DNA of 64,000 bases. It comes from Heteronotia binoei (Eukaryota). Under the pieces are notes generated by a model. The model was given only the letters and a program-made list of their open reading frames with translations. It had not been told where the DNA came from and did not search any database. Within the stretch, counting starts at the first letter, position 1. Every line of letters starts with the position of its first letter. A program made the position numbers and the translations under genes. Of the stretch, positions 48,701-62,115 are shown one piece after another. Location: positions 34,596,001 through 34,660,000 of the forward strand of contig NC_083232.1 in NCBI RefSeq assembly GCF_032191835.1. The letters are read 5' to 3'.

Positions 48701-51700
48701 TCTCTCATTTGTCTGTAATTAAACAGACATTTGAATAGATAATTGCTGTAAATCTGCCCCCCCCCAAAAAAAAACCCCTCCCCAAATTATACTCTAGCAT
48801 CCTTAGTGCTTTGGTTACAGACAACAAGGGAAGGAAAGCATATATGCTGAAAAATTTCACCCATACAGGATTTGTATAATACTGATTGTTTCCCTTAAAG
48901 ACATTTACTTGGAAGCATTTTACTGCTATCTAACTATTGTCTCTTGCAGAAGCAATAAAAGTATAAAAATGGGTCCTAGTGCCCCTTAGATTCAGGCATG
49001 GAAGTCAAATGTAAAGTTAGCATCACCATTCATAGAAAAAAGATTTTTAAAAAGAATCAGACAGGGAGGAACTATATGGACAGAACCAGAAGAGAACTCA
49101 GTTTGATTGGCTGCGTTCAGATATTTGCCCATGATGGGTGCAACCAGTGATCATTGCTGCACTCATGTGCTCTGCTAGCTCCTCCCTCATCCCCTCATGT
49201 GCACTGTAAGACTGAAGGCCCCTGGAGAACCCTCAAATCTGTTTACAGCTTTAGTTGGTGAGTGGGGAAGCTCTCTGCCTTGGGACACTGCAGTAAATTG
49301 GGAGCTTGGTTCAAGGTTTCTCAGGTCCAGGAGACTTCAGATGCATTCGACACCCCAAAAGGGAGAGTGTTCAAGCACAGCAACAAGCAGAGTTTGTGCC
49401 CATCATGGACAACCTTCTGTCTCTCCATGATGTCTGAAGGTGGGTCATTGACTTAATGCAGCCATTGCACCAAACCCTTGCTTTGTGCTCTTCCTGTTTT
49501 AAAGTCAGAAGGCAAACCCCAGTTTAGATCTGCTTGCCTGCTTTTATTTTTCATCTGCTCAGCCCTCCAGTTTGTAGATAGAGGTAAAGTAATGGCTTGC
49601 CTATCCAAACAATATGCCAAACCAATGTTAGCACAAACAAGTAGTTTGCAAACCCATTTCAAATCAGGTTTTCTATTCTCTGTATAGACCCACATGTCAC
49701 ACTGAATATAACTATGTTTTCATTTCTTTCTTTCTTGAGCTTGATTTGATGACTGATTGATGCTTAATGTTGTCAAACCACCCTTTTGCCTTTGGTTTCT
49801 ATCACTTATTTATTATGCAGTCCTATTTATGATACACAAACACAGAGAGAGAGAGAGTCATCTTCCTAAACATAAGAACATAAAAAAATTCCACCAGATA
49901 AAATGGACTGGCACCTTCAACCTAAGTAATCGCATTGGCTGTCTTCCTACAAAGTTAGTTTCATAGTCTCTCTGACATTAGCCCAAGACTGTGTCTGTCA
50001 TTGGTGGCAGAACAGTTTAAGCACATGTTATTTTATTTTATTTACTCCAGAAACCAAAACCACTCTACCAAACTCTCCTGCTCTAGCTGAAGTGAGCTAT
50101 AACAGACTTCAGTGGGAAAAGCCAGTGACCAGTAGAGGGAGTGCAACTGCATGACATCTTTGTGATCTGGACACAGTGAGTGTTGACCAACTTCTGATAT
50201 GTTGAGGAGGGAGCTGACATCAGCATATTGTTACAGGGGAATCAGTTCATCTTTATACACCAGAAAAGAAGTATGAGGAAGCATTAAGAAGGTTGAGGTT
50301 TGTTCCTACTCATGAGATTAGCAGTGCTGTCTTAAACAGAGTCACACCATCCTAAACCTACCATTTAGGATATTATTCTGCTTAGGAGAACACTGTGGAA
50401 CAAATTGGGGATGAGGCCAGAGAGCCAAGTAACCAATCAGAAGGGACTTTTCTGTCCTGCCCCTATCTTTGGCCACTGTGGGCCAGATAAAACCATCATG
50501 GTGGATGTATGGTACCCATGGGCCAACAGTAGCCCTTTTCTTGTCTAGGAAAATGAGAATATGGAGGACCTTTCTCTTGTTCATTTCAGGACTAAAGGCA
50601 TTGGATTTCCAGTCATTCCAATAGCAGATCCGCAAGAGGCCAAACATCTCCTCAGAGCTGCGGTTGGGTATTTAAGACACTCTGTTATGATAAGAGGAAA
50701 ATAATTATATTTATTTTCCCAGCACCTTATTACAATACCTAATTAAAACAACAAAACTCCAAATTTCCCTGTAGTAAAATGGAATTGTTTATGAAAAGGC
50801 TTTTATAAAGAGTCAAGGGTTGTAGTTGAGGACACTATTTACTTCATCGATTTCTTGTTTTCACTACATTATTTTCTAACTTCTGCAGTTCAGTTTTTGC
50901 ATTTCTCATTTCACGTCCTCACTCTTTTTATTGCATTGCTTTCTGCCCTTGTAATTCAATCTTACTACAATGTCTATTATATGGCTTATACAGTCCCTAC
51001 TGGATTGTGAATTTTAATGATTCACAATTATAATTAATTATAATTAATTGATATTATAATTATATAATTATAAATTATAATGATATATATGGCTAATTAT
51101 AATTTTTTTAATAATAAAATTTAATAAAATGTCTACAATCCACCCTCCAGTTAAAGCTTGGGTGAATAAAAAAGCTTTATGGGGCCTCCTACAAGATTCC
51201 AAGGATGGAGCCAATTCCACAATGTGGCAGCCACAAAAGAGAAAGTCTGGGTCCTCACTGATGCCAGGTGGGCCACTCATAATGGAGGAGTGGTATTTCT
51301 ACCTTCCTGGCACACACTGATGCCTTAATCCCTGGGTATCATAGTTCAGAATGAGCACATATACAGCACATGACCCTTTGTGGTACAGTGGGAAATGTAT
51401 ACATGGAGGCAAGCAATGGCAAATCACCTCTGAACATCTCTTGTCCAAAAACCCTGTGGGGTCACCAAAAGTCAACTGTGACTTAACAGCAAAAAAAAAT
51501 GCTTTTTAAAAATAAGTGTACTGTCCCATGCTGAAGATAAAACTCTTAGAAACAAAGGCCACTATAGCTTCATCCCAAGCTTTTTTCTGTAATGCAGGAT
51601 GGATCCACAGCAACACCAGGACTGTGTCCCGAGCATGATGTAGATGAACCAAGTCAATGCTTAGAGTGAAGGCAAAGCCTCCATCCCTTTTGTAGCTGGG

Positions 51701-51904
51701 CCTGGTCTCCACAAGCAACAAGGGTGAGGTGGTGGAATAGACTGCACCACTTCAGACTGTAGGTGGGATACCATTTTGGAATGCCCCCATATTATTTATA
51801 AACATCCCCTCAGATAGAAAAGCAGCGTATCAGGGAGCAAGATTACAGCTGAGCCATTTGCTTGTGGTTCTGGATTTCTGTTTTCAGGGAATTTTTTTTC
51901 TGTG

Positions 51905-52495
51905 GGGGAGCATTCCAAAATGGTAGATCTGGAAAAAGTGCAGAGGAGGGCAACCAAGATGATAAGAGGGTTGGAGCATCTTCCTGATGGGGAAAAGCTG
52001 GGACTTCACTTTAGAAAAGAGACAATTAAGGGGGTCATGATAGAGGTTTATAAAATTATGAATGGGGTGGAAAGAGTTGACAAAGAGAAATTTTTCTCCC
52101 TCTCCCATAATACTAGAACTCCAGGGCATCCAGTTAGGCTGATGACCAGTAGGTTCAAGAAGGGCAAAAGGAAATGTTACTTTACACAAAGAACAATTAA
52201 AATGTGGGATTCACTGCCAGAGGATACTGTGATGGCCATAGGAATAAGCAGCTTTAAAAGGGGATTAGGTACATTCATGGCTAGTGCTATTAGCCATGGC
52301 GACTGAGGAGAACTTCCGCATTCAGAGACACTAAACCTCTGAATCAGAGAGACAGGAGGCAACATCAGGGGAAGGCCTCAACCTCTATGCCTTGTTGCTG
52401 GCCCTCCAGAGGAACTGGCTGGCCACTGTATGAGACAGGATGCTAGACTAGATGGACCCCTGGCCCAATCCAGCAGGGCTTTTATTATGTTCTCA
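51905..52495 (+). mobile_element. CR1 LINE 3' fragment
   Basis: LEKVQRRATKMIRGLEHLP...EKFFSLSHNTRTPGHPVRL...YFTQRTIKMWDSLP is the CR1 ORF2 C-terminus, followed by the 3' UTR. Lies in the last SPAG6 intron. Confidence 0.92.
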
Positions 52496-53178
52496 TAGTA
52501 TCTTCCACATTTTGTTTGGAGAGGAAGAGCACATGCCACCGCTTCCCCATTCTACCACCTCATTCTGCTGTGTGCATAGATTCAGCCTTTGTCACATTGT
52601 CGCCTTCTTTCTGCCTTGCAAATGAAGGGCAGATCTAAAAAGCTTATACATGCTACTCTAAGACCTAAGCTGCCAGTTCTGGGTTGGGAAATACCTGAAG
52701 GTTTTGGAGGTAGAACCTGGGGAGGGCAGGATATGGGGGAAGGAGAGACCTCATCAGGGTAGGGGAACTGACCTCTGTTGTCTGGAGATCAACTATAATA
52801 CCAGGAGATCTCCAGGATGCACTTCAGACTATTTTTGAAACTGAGGTGATGAGAGTTGCTCTTTGAGAAACCCAACCCTGCAAACCTGACTGGGAATAGT
52901 TGCACTTTTTAAAATTGGGGTCTTGATAGATTTCTCTCTCTCTCTTTCTTTCAGTAAGTAAACTCATAGAAATAATTAGATACACTTTAAACACACACAA
53001 AACAGCAGAATTCTTGAGGAAACAATAGCAGTACACCTACTGTTTTGTATGCCTAACTGGATGCTATCGTTGTCAAACTGAAAAGAAAAGCACACAAGGA
53101 ACTTAAATTATACTATAAATCTCCCGTGTTTGAGCATGGCTTTGAAGAGAACACTCCACCGTTCTCTCTGTGCCTCAC

Positions 53179-53324
53179 CTGACTATCTCCTCGGGATAAC
53201 AATTGTTAATAGTATGGATGTACTCCTGGAGAAGTGAGCCAGGCTCTGCTTTTATCTCCTGGACCTTTTTAAGGCCACCACTTGTCACGAAAAGGCGTCG
53301 GGCTTTGGCATCGTGTGGCAGAAC
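53179..53324 (-). CDS. SPAG6: SPAG6 penultimate coding exon (146 nt, phase 0-2): VLPHDAKARRLFVTSGGLKKVQEIKAEPGSLLQEYIHTINNCYPEEIV(R)
   Basis: Matches the SPAG6 segment VLPHDSKARRLFVTSGGLKKVQEIKAEPGSLLQEYINSINSCYPEEIVR. Acceptor ttttatAG, donor GTGAGG. Phase fits the neighbouring exons. The ORF track missed this exon. Confidence 0.97.
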
Positions 53325-54006
53325 CTATAAAAATTAAAATAGCAACTTCAGTCTTTCTCATGTGAAATCCTTTTCTTCTGCAATGAGTGCACAAGAAATC
53401 AAAAGAGAGATAAACCCAGAGGATACAAATCCTGCGAGAAATTCTCCTCCGCAAGTCTTGCTAAAATAAAAATGGAACAGAATTTCAGTGGGGCTCGTGA
53501 AAGACAAGTTCCTGGGGATGATGCCCAGAGAAGGGGAGGGGGAATTACAGCTGTCCTTCGGGGCCTTTTCATCCATTAGGCTTAACAGAGCAACCCTCAG
53601 CAGGCCCACTCAGAATTGTACTCAGGTCTATTCAGTGGGGTTTAGTCCCAGGAAACTGTGCTTAGGATGATACTGCACAGCACCTGCTGTTAAAGTGGGT
53701 TTGTTAAGCAAACACTGAGGAGAGAGGCCATGGCTCAATGGTAGACCTGGACTGGCCAGGTCAGTATGAGGGGGAAAAAATCCTAAAATCATGGCTGACT
53801 ATCATTGCCCAGTCCAGAAAACTGAACCTGCTGTCTCTTCTTAGGCTCATAGTGACTGACATCAGAGACCCAGAGATGGAGAACTCCGTTTGGATGCAGA
53901 GATAGCTGCCTACTGTCCTGATATTGGTTGCATGTTTTGAAACCTACCCAGAAGACAGGATCCAAGCATGGAGCCCAGCAGGAGGGGTGGACAAGGGCCC
54001 ACTTAC

Positions 54007-54123
54007 TTTACTAAACTGTCCAACGATATGCTTCAGAATGTTGGGAGGAGCATCATGGAGCAAGGGCTCGAGCGCCGGTAGATAAGTGCATTTCTGGAGG
54101 ATATTCTTTAAGGCTTTCTTAGT
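54007..54123 (-). CDS. SPAG6: SPAG6 internal coding exon (117 nt, phase 0-0): TKKALKNILQKCTYLPALEPLLHDAPPNILKHIVGQFSK
   Basis: Translation closely matches the vertebrate SPAG6 segment SKKAIKNILQKCTYLPALEPFLYDAPPNILKHVVGQFSK. Acceptor poly-T...gcacAG (AG at 54124-54125), donor GTAAGT (54001-54006). Confidence 0.97.
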
Positions 54124-54584
54124 CTGTGCAAAAAAAAAAAAAAGATTGAAAATCATCATCACTTGCATTCACCTAATTCACTTGCAAAAAATGGGCTTGA
54201 GTTATTTCATCCACTGCAGATAGTTTTTTGAATACTTTAATGAAGCTTTTTGGCATTTATACTTATATATTTAAAAAGAAATCCATCCTCTTAGTTGGTG
54301 GAGGTGGCTCACAACATAACCACTAAAAACACGTATCAGTAAAATGAATGAAAAGCAGAATAAAAAGGTAAAGCAGCAACAGATTGTGATGCCCCCTTGG
54401 GTCAAGTCCCAACTCAGCTCCTGAAGACGACGAGTGAAGATGGCTGAGGGACCAGGAGCAAGAAGGCTTAACAACAAACCCATGTGTGGAGCAGGTGTGG
54501 CCAGACACCTTAATGTGGGGCAGCACCCACCTCTACTGGGGGAGAGGACATACCATGTGGGGAACCTGGGGAAATGTTCTATGA

Positions 54585-54875
54585 GAGAGCCAGTTTGGTG
54601 TAGTGGTTAAGTGTGTGGACTCTTATCTGGGAGAACCGGGTTTGATTCCCCACTCTTCCACCTGCACCTCCTGGAATGGCCTTGGGTCAGCCATAGCTCT
54701 GGCAGAGGTTGTCCTTGAAAGGACAGCTGCTGTGAGAGCCCTCTCAGCCTCATCCACCTCACAGGGTGTCTGTTGTGGGAGGAGAAGATATAGGAGATTG
54801 TAAGCCGCTCTGTGTCTCTGATTCAGAGAGAAGGGCGGGGTATAAAACTGCAATTCTTCAATTCTTCTTCTTCTG
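54585..54875 (+). mobile_element. tRNA-derived SINE (Squam3-type, long form)
   Basis: Full head gagagccagtttggtgtagtggttaag through to the ttcttcttc tail. Confidence 0.88.
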
Positions 54876-55096
54876 TCGGGCTGGGGGTTGGAAGCAAAAG
54901 GGCATGCCCACATTTCCGTGCAGGCCTTAAAAGTGGTGGTCAGCTGTAATTTGGGGCGGACAGAGGAGGGAGACAGGGTGCAAATCCACAGGCAGGGAAG
55001 GCTGAAAAAGTCACTTCCTGGAGAAAGCCCAAGGCAAATGTAGAGCACTTCTAGATAAAGCTACTTTAAAAAGACCTGGCAGTCCCTGACTCCTTC

Positions 55097-55530
55097 TTAT
55101 TTATTGATTTATTAGATTTTTTGTCACCACTCACCTGAAGGGTCTCATGGCAACCTACAACATTAAAACTAATAAGGTAAAGACAACATAAAACAAGTAA
55201 CAAATATAAAATATTAACATTAAAATAGTAAAATGTGTGGCTATCACCATACCACTATTAAAACAGCTCAAACGTGTTTCCCTCCAATGACCAACCTAAA
55301 TAATTCAGCTTTGCATGCCCTGTAGAAACCATACAAGTCCGGCAGGGCATAGATTTCTTCTGAGAGTGCATTGCACAAGGTAGGGCCCACAATTGAGAAG
55401 GCCCTTCTCCTGGTGGCAGCTAACTGAACCATCCTGGAGCCAGGCACCTGCAAGAGGCCCCTAGATTATGGGCAAAGGAAGAGGCAGTCCTGTAGGTATG
55501 AGGGTCCCAGACTGTTAAGGGCATGAAGGC
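55097..55530 (-). mobile_element. L2 LINE 3' fragment
   Basis: RRAFSIVGPTLCNALSEEIYALPDLYGFYRACKAELFR is typical of the L2 ORF2 end. Confidence 0.75.
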
Positions 55531-56175
55531 AAGTGTGGAACCCCTAGATTTCTGCAAGAACCAGTCCTACAGGCACCCCTTAAGCCCACCCCACCAGTCA
55601 CACAGATAATGACAACTGCTATTAAAAGGGGCAGCAAATAAAAACAGGACATCAGAGTAGAAAAATTATGGAGCCCAAAAAAAGTCTACATAACAGATGG
55701 TGGTTCATAATGGGAGTGTAGTCAGATATTCCCAAACCCAAACGGCCCAGAATAGTTTGATCTTGTCAGATTTCAGAAGTGAAACAGCAAAATACCCTAT
55801 CAGTATTTTCCAGATATATTCAAGTCACCCAAGTATATCCAGGAATTTTTGGGATACCAAAAAAGGGTCCCAAAATAGCCTGGAAATATTTGGGATTAAT
55901 GGGAAATAACAGGAGCCAGCGTTGACTGGTTTTCAGGCCCGTGTTTCTCTGTCTCCTGGAGCTTATTATGGGCTTGCCAGGCTGGTTTAAGTAAGATTCT
56001 GCAAGTTTTAAGTGTTTTCGTTGTTTTTTAAAAGTTCAATCTTTGCTGGAGTTGGTTTGGGTTGGATTTACTTTTTTGGGTAGATTCTCATGGTTTACAT
56101 CAAAATTCTCATGTTTTTCATAGGTTGAGGTTCTCATTCAGATTCTTGCACTTTACATTGTATAGGCTTAGCAAT

Positions 56176-56370
56176 GCCCTGAATGTGATGGCCCAGGCTA
56201 GTTCAATTTCATCAGATTTCAGAAGCTAAACAGGGTTGGCCCTGGTTATTATTTCGATGGAACCAAGGAACACCAAGGTTCCTACACAGAGGCAGGCAAT
56301 GGCAAACCACCTCTGCACATCTCTTGCCTTGAAAACCCTACAGTCAGCTGTGACTTGACAGCACATTCAA
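56176..56370 (+). mobile_element. 5S rRNA-derived SINE with Sauria/RTE-like tail
   Basis: cagaagctaaacagggttggccctggtt followed by gcaggcaatggcaaaccacctctg. Confidence 0.7.
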
Positions 56371-56859
56371 CCTCCAGCAGCAATAATTTGCAAAGGAATT
56401 CCTATGGGGGGAGATTCTCAGGTTTTACATTTTTGCAGGGTCCCCCCCCCCCTTCAATAGGAAACAATGGAGGACAACTGGGGGCACCTTGTTCAGGGGG
56501 CAATAGAACTGGACCCTGTCATCCAATTCAGTTGAAATTTGAGGGTTATCTAATGGACAGGCACCAGCAGCTTCCCTGCAATTTTGGTGCCAGTACCTTT
56601 AAAAACACCTCTCCAGAAAGATTCTTCCTGACTGTGTATGGCCTTAAAGGTCAGTACCATAACAGCAACCTCCCCCCGGCCCGAAAAAAAAAAAAGGATT
56701 CAAATGCCAAACCAGTATTTGGAACCCAGGAAACTGGGAATACCAATATTTTCCAGCTCTAATATATCTGAATACAAATATATCTGTTTATGCTGCACAT
56801 TCCTAGGAGTTCACTCTACTCAGGCTACCCTTGGGGTTGACCCAGAAACCCCAACTGGT

Positions 56860-57480
56860 GCAAAATGCAGCAGATGGGTCCTTATGGGGATGCCTCACAC
56901 GGAGCATATCCATCTGGTGCTGCATGAGCTGCATTTGCTTCTGGTGGAGTACTGGATCAGATTCAAAGTTATGGCACTGACCTTTAAGGCCATACACAGT
57001 CAGAGGTACCTACGTACCTCTGAGACCACCTCTCCTGGTATACCCCTAGAAGAGCATTATGCTTCAAAGATCAGAACTTATTGTTGGTCCCCCAGCCCTA
57101 GAGACATTCAGTTTTCCTTGACCAGATCCAGGACCTTCTCTGCCCAGGCTCCAACCTGATGGAACTCTCTGCTGAATAACATCCGTGCAGTTCCATGCGG
57201 CATACAAGGTGGAGTTCTGCCAGGCATTTGGTTGAGGACAGTGACAGTTCTGTCTCGGCACACTCATTTCCCATTTTTCCTCCACCACCCCCCCCCCGCC
57301 CCCGTTCCCCTGAGATAGCAGCACTGTTAGGATGTTAGGCAAGTAATGAATTAGATTATTATGTTTTTATTGTCTTCTTTAAATTATATTTTTTACTGAT
57401 ATTTTATATGACTGTGTTGTACACTGCCGAGCCTGGCTTCACCAGGGAAAGAGGCTGATATATTTAAGTATAAATAAACA
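56860..57480 (+). mobile_element. L2 LINE 3' fragment
   Basis: EHIHLVLHELHLLLVEYWIRFKVMALTFKAIH...RSRTFSAQAPT*WNSL, the L2 ORF2 end with a stop, then a 3' tail. Confidence 0.8.
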
Positions 57481-57519
57481 GAGCTTAGCTAGCTTGATGG
57501 CTCAGTAAGCAGCTGAGGA

Positions 57520-57825
57520 GAGGGAAGAAGATGATGATGATCATGGTGATGATATTTGATTTATATCCCGGGCTATACCCTAAATCTCAAAGTCTCAGAG
57601 TGGTCATAATCTCGTTTACCTTCCCCTCCCCCAAAAACAGACACCCTGTGAGGTGGATGGGGCTGAGAGGGCTCTCACAGCAGCTGCCCTTTCAAGGACA
57701 ACTGATGCAAGAGCTATAGCTGATCCAAGGTCATTCCAGCAGCTGCAAGTGGAGGAGTGGGGAATCAAACCCGCTTCTCCCAGATAAGAGTCTGCGCACT
57801 TAACCACTACACCAAACTGGCTAGT
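57520..57825 (-). mobile_element. tRNA-derived SINE (Squam3-type)
   Basis: Reverse complement of the 54585-54875 type. Confidence 0.88.
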
Positions 57826-59158
57826 GAGTTGAGAGCCACCATGGAAAGGTCCTCATCTTTGGTTGCCACCCATCTAACTGGCTGCGGTGAAAGACACACA
57901 GAAGACGGCTTCTATAGAATATCTTAACTGATGGGCAGGTTTATACAGAAGCCTTGGAAGCTTAGGAGGATTGGCCATGATAGCATTTGGATGGGAAACC
58001 ACCAACGAAGTCCAGGATTGCTACACAAAGGTAGGCAATGGCAAACCACCTCCAAATGTCTCTTGCCCTGAAAACCCTCCAGGGTCGCTGTAAGTCATCT
58101 GCGACTTGATGGCATTTGTTTCCAGCACCAGTCAGTCCTTCAAATAACCTGGCTCTAGGCCATTTAGTGCTTGAACAGTAAGAACCAGCACTTGGAACTG
58201 TGCCCAGAAACAAACTGGTGGCCAGTGTCATTCTCTTTAAATAGATATTTTTCTATAGCCTGTACAGAATGACAACAACAACAAGAAAAGCATGCAAAAA
58301 AATGTACGTCCATTAAGTCTTATGATGGAAGGCTGTAAAATTGTGAATAAGTGGATATGTGCACTAGCAGACTAGAACAAATCTAGTCTCAACACAGTAT
58401 GCAATAATATGCAATTATGGCTCATCAAAATCAATGGGATTGGAAACAAAACCACTCTGTGCTGGATTGTGGCTTTTAAGTTTTAAAGCCCCAATGAAAA
58501 TAGAGGAAGCAGGCCAGACAACAGCTGAAATGATGTTTGTTCAGATGATCGTTCATTACATAAAAGAAATTGCAGTAACATTAGTGCTTGTACTCAATAC
58601 AACTTTTGCCACTAGTAACATCTGGCAATGGAACGCTATTTAGGACAGGAGAGGAGAGGAGACTTCTCAACCTCCCTGCAGGATTTGCTCACAACAATAC
58701 TGTGAACATTTGCTGGAGAAGATATGACCTGACAGATACATCTTGTTTTCTGCCATTCGACTCACAGTCTGCTAGGCAGGACTCTGGTATATTGTGCAAC
58801 ATTTGTATTCTTAAAGATCTCACACATTTCTCCCCCCCCCCCCTCCAGGTTTCTAGTCCTCATAGTTGCAAAGCATTCTGAAAATACGCACATGGTTTCT
58901 GCAAAGCGTCTCATTAGTCTCGAATGGAGCTTCTATATTCGGCAGGGATACCTGTCCCTCTTGCATGACCTCTACCAAATGCAATTAGGTAATGACACGA
59001 TATTCTATCCTCTGTACTTGTGTTGCAAGTGGATTAAAATGCTCCAAAGATTAACAGCTGGCATCCAGGTTCCCTTTCAAGAAATTTACGGGACAGACAT
59101 AACTGAGCTAGCCACAGCTGGGAGTTTGCCCTTCGATTAGCTAACTAATATTTACCAC

Positions 59159-59355
59159 CAATGTTCCCTCTAAGCTGCAGAGTCTTGTGAGCTAGTGACA
59201 TTAAAGTTGCAAGCTACTGGCATTAAAAATTGTGAGCTACTGCATAAATTAGTGTGCTCTGGGGTCATCCTTCCTGAGCTAAGAGAAAAATGTGTGAGCT
59301 GGAGGCTAAAAATCTATGAGCTAGCTTATGATAACTCAGCTTAGAGGGAACACTG
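59159..59355. mobile_element. hAT MITE
   Basis: TIRs caatgttccctctaagctg / cagcttagagggaacactg. TSD tttaccac/tttaccat (7/8). Confidence 0.85.
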
Positions 59356-59509
59356 TTTACCATTCAATTCAGCCATAATACAGCACACTTATCTAGAAGA
59401 AGTAAGCATGCACGCAAAAGCTTATACCCAGAATCAAACTCAGCTGATCTTAAAGGACTCAAACTTTGTTCTGTTTGTTTCATACTGGCACAGCTATCCA
59501 CCAGAATCA

Positions 59510-59840
59510 GCTACCGAGGGAGGTGGTGAGCTCCCCCTCACTGGCAGTCTTTAAGCAGTGGTTTGATAAATGCTTTTCTGCTGACAGAAGAGAGGACTCA
59601 CAATAATGGGTTTAAATTAAGGGTGGGAAGGTACCTGCTGGATATTAGGAAAAACTCTTAAATAGCAAGAGTTGTTCAACAGTGGAATTAGCCACCAAGG
59701 GAGATGGTGAGCTTCCCCTCACTGGAAGTCCTTAATCAGTGGCTCAACAAACACTTCTTGTGGATGCTCAAGGTTAATCCTGCATTGAGCAAGGGGTTGG
59801 ACTGGATGGCTCCTTCCAGCTCTGTGATTCTATGATTCTG
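59510..59840 (+). mobile_element. CR1 3' fragment with a short duplicated segment
   Basis: gggaggtggtgagctccccctcactgg occurs twice. Tail ctgtgattctatgattct. Confidence 0.7.
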
Positions 59841-61107
59841 GTAACATCCTAAGCAGAGTTACACCTTTCTAAGTCCCAATCAAGGCAGTTCATCCTATCC
59901 ATAGTTTTACCTTCTTGGAAAGGGACGTACCACAGTGGTAGAGTCGACACTTTGTCAGCTGAAGGACTCCAGCATTTCTAGCAAAAAAGGATTTCAGGAA
60001 ACAAGACTGGAAAACACCTACAACATCCTGGAGAGGTGCTGCAAATCAAAATAAACACAACTAGATAGCTAGATTGGTGAGGAGTCTGGCTCCACATAAG
60101 GCAGCTTCAGGTGTCCACATGAGCTTTGCTGCAAGACTGCTTGTGCCACACAATTCCTAAAGCAGCAGTTTGCACAACATTAGGCAACTGAAGCAGGATC
60201 TTTTTGTTCTGGTGAACAATCCCTTTGATGTTCCTTCAGTCTTCCTACTTGACCTTACCAGTGCAAACTGGCACCAGTGCAGGCAGAACAGGTTCATGCT
60301 TTCCATCTCTTCCCACCAGAAAAAGCCCACAGTGTGTGCTCTTTGGCAACACCAGATGTTTTCCTCAGGGCTAACACAGCAGGGCCAATGGCTGATGACA
60401 GCCAGGTGAAAAGAGCCAGCTTCCAGAATTTCCTGCATTGCGCAGGCGGCTGGCCTAGATGGCCCTGGGGGTCCCTTCCAACTCTACCATTCTATGATTC
60501 TATTCCAGTGCTACAAGGGGACCATGATTTAACATGTATCAACAACTGACCATCGCATCTTGGCTGTTCCACTACATGGCACTAAAGGATCAGGCTGCTC
60601 ATTTGCTTCAATCAAAATTCTCCAGTAGATTAGGGTGACGGATCTTAATTCTGTCTGGATTCCAGGGCAACCCCACCCCCTAAAATCTCAGGCACCCACA
60701 GGCAGCTTGGCTTTGTCTTGTGATCTTGATATGTTGCGGTAGATTAGGGACCCCAATGTGGTGCCTTTGGGTGCCATGGTGGTCACTGACATCTTTCCTG
60801 GCGCCTGGAAGTGCTTTTAGAAAGTGGGCAGGGTAGGTGAGGGATTTGCCCAGCAGGGCTTCTGACTGGCTGTGCAGATTAGAAGACATCCTGTTAGAGA
60901 GAGCTTCCACCTGAAATACTGAAGAAGTACTACTAGAGTTGTATATAAAACCTCGCTGCCTGACATCTTGTGGTTGGCTCTGCCTTTTGCGTCAGCCATT
61001 CAAAGATTGTGCCCACCACTCTGTATCAGTATTCTAAAGGTACCCATAGGGTCGAAAAGACTGCTGGCTCTTATGGTAGATGTTGTGATACTTGAAGCCT
61101 TGGGTCA

Positions 61108-61790
61108 TCAGAACAGCCCTGCTGGATCAGACTGCACCGTCTCACACAGTGACCAACCAGTTCCTCTGGAGGGCCAACAACAAAGCGTAGAGGCTGAGGA
61201 CTTCCCTTGATGTTGCCTCCTGGCTCTTGGATTCAGAGTTTTAGTGCCTCTGAATCGGAGGTTCCCCTCAGTCACCATGACTAGTAGCCACTGGTAGACT
61301 TATCCTCTGTGAATCAATCTAATCCACCTTTAAAGCTATTTATTCCTGTGACCATCACTATATCCTCTGGCAGTGAATTCCACATTTTAATCGCTGTCCA
61401 TATAAAGTAGTATTCCCTTTTGCCCATCCTGAACCTACTGCCCATCAGTCTAATTGGATGCTCCAGTGTTTAGTATAATAGGAGAGGGAGAAAAATTTCT
61501 CTTTGTCAACTCTCTCCACCCCATTTATAATTTTATAAACATCTATCATGTACCCCCTAAGTCATCTCTTTTCTAAACTGAAAAGTCCCAGACTCTTTAG
61601 CCTTTCCTTATAGGGAAGGTGGTCCATCCCCCTAATCATCTTGGTTGCTCCCCGCTCTGTACTTTTTTCAGCTCTGCAGTGTCCTTTTGGAGATACGGTG
61701 GCCAGAACTGTACACAGTATTCCAAATGAGGCCGCATCACAGATCTGTTCAGGGGCATTACAATATCAGCTGTTTCATTCTCCATCCCTG
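61108..61790 (-). mobile_element. CR1 LINE 3' fragment
   Basis: Reverse-complement homolog of 24090-24800 and 51905-52495. Confidence 0.88.
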
Positions 61791-61869
61791 GTCAGGTCCA
61801 GATGTTCCATGAGGTCTTTCAGATGTGTGCTTTCAGGTTTCCCACTGGCAATTTAGTCCTCAGATCTGT

Positions 61870-62115
61870 AAGTACTGCAGTCGGAACCCTCTGCTCACGA
61901 CCTGAGTTTGATCGCAGCGGAAGCTGGGTTCAGGTAGCCAGTTCCAGGTTGACTCAGCCTTCCATCCTTCCGAAGTTGGTAAAATGAGTACCCAGCTTGC
62001 TGGGGGGAAAGTGTAGATGACTGGAGAAAACAATGGCAAACCACCCCGTAACAAAGTCTGCCGTGAAAACATTGTGAAAGCAACGTCACCCCAGAGTCAA
62101 AAATGACTGGTCCTT
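61870..62115 (+). mobile_element. Sauria SINE (Squam1), slightly 5'-truncated
   Basis: Same diagnostic core as 47368-47660. Confidence 0.88.

Noticed and set aside
58849-58988. Plus-strand exon-like segment with VAKHSEN resembling SPAG6 VAAHSEN
   Set aside because: It is on the wrong strand for this SPAG6 copy and the similarity is limited to a few residues.
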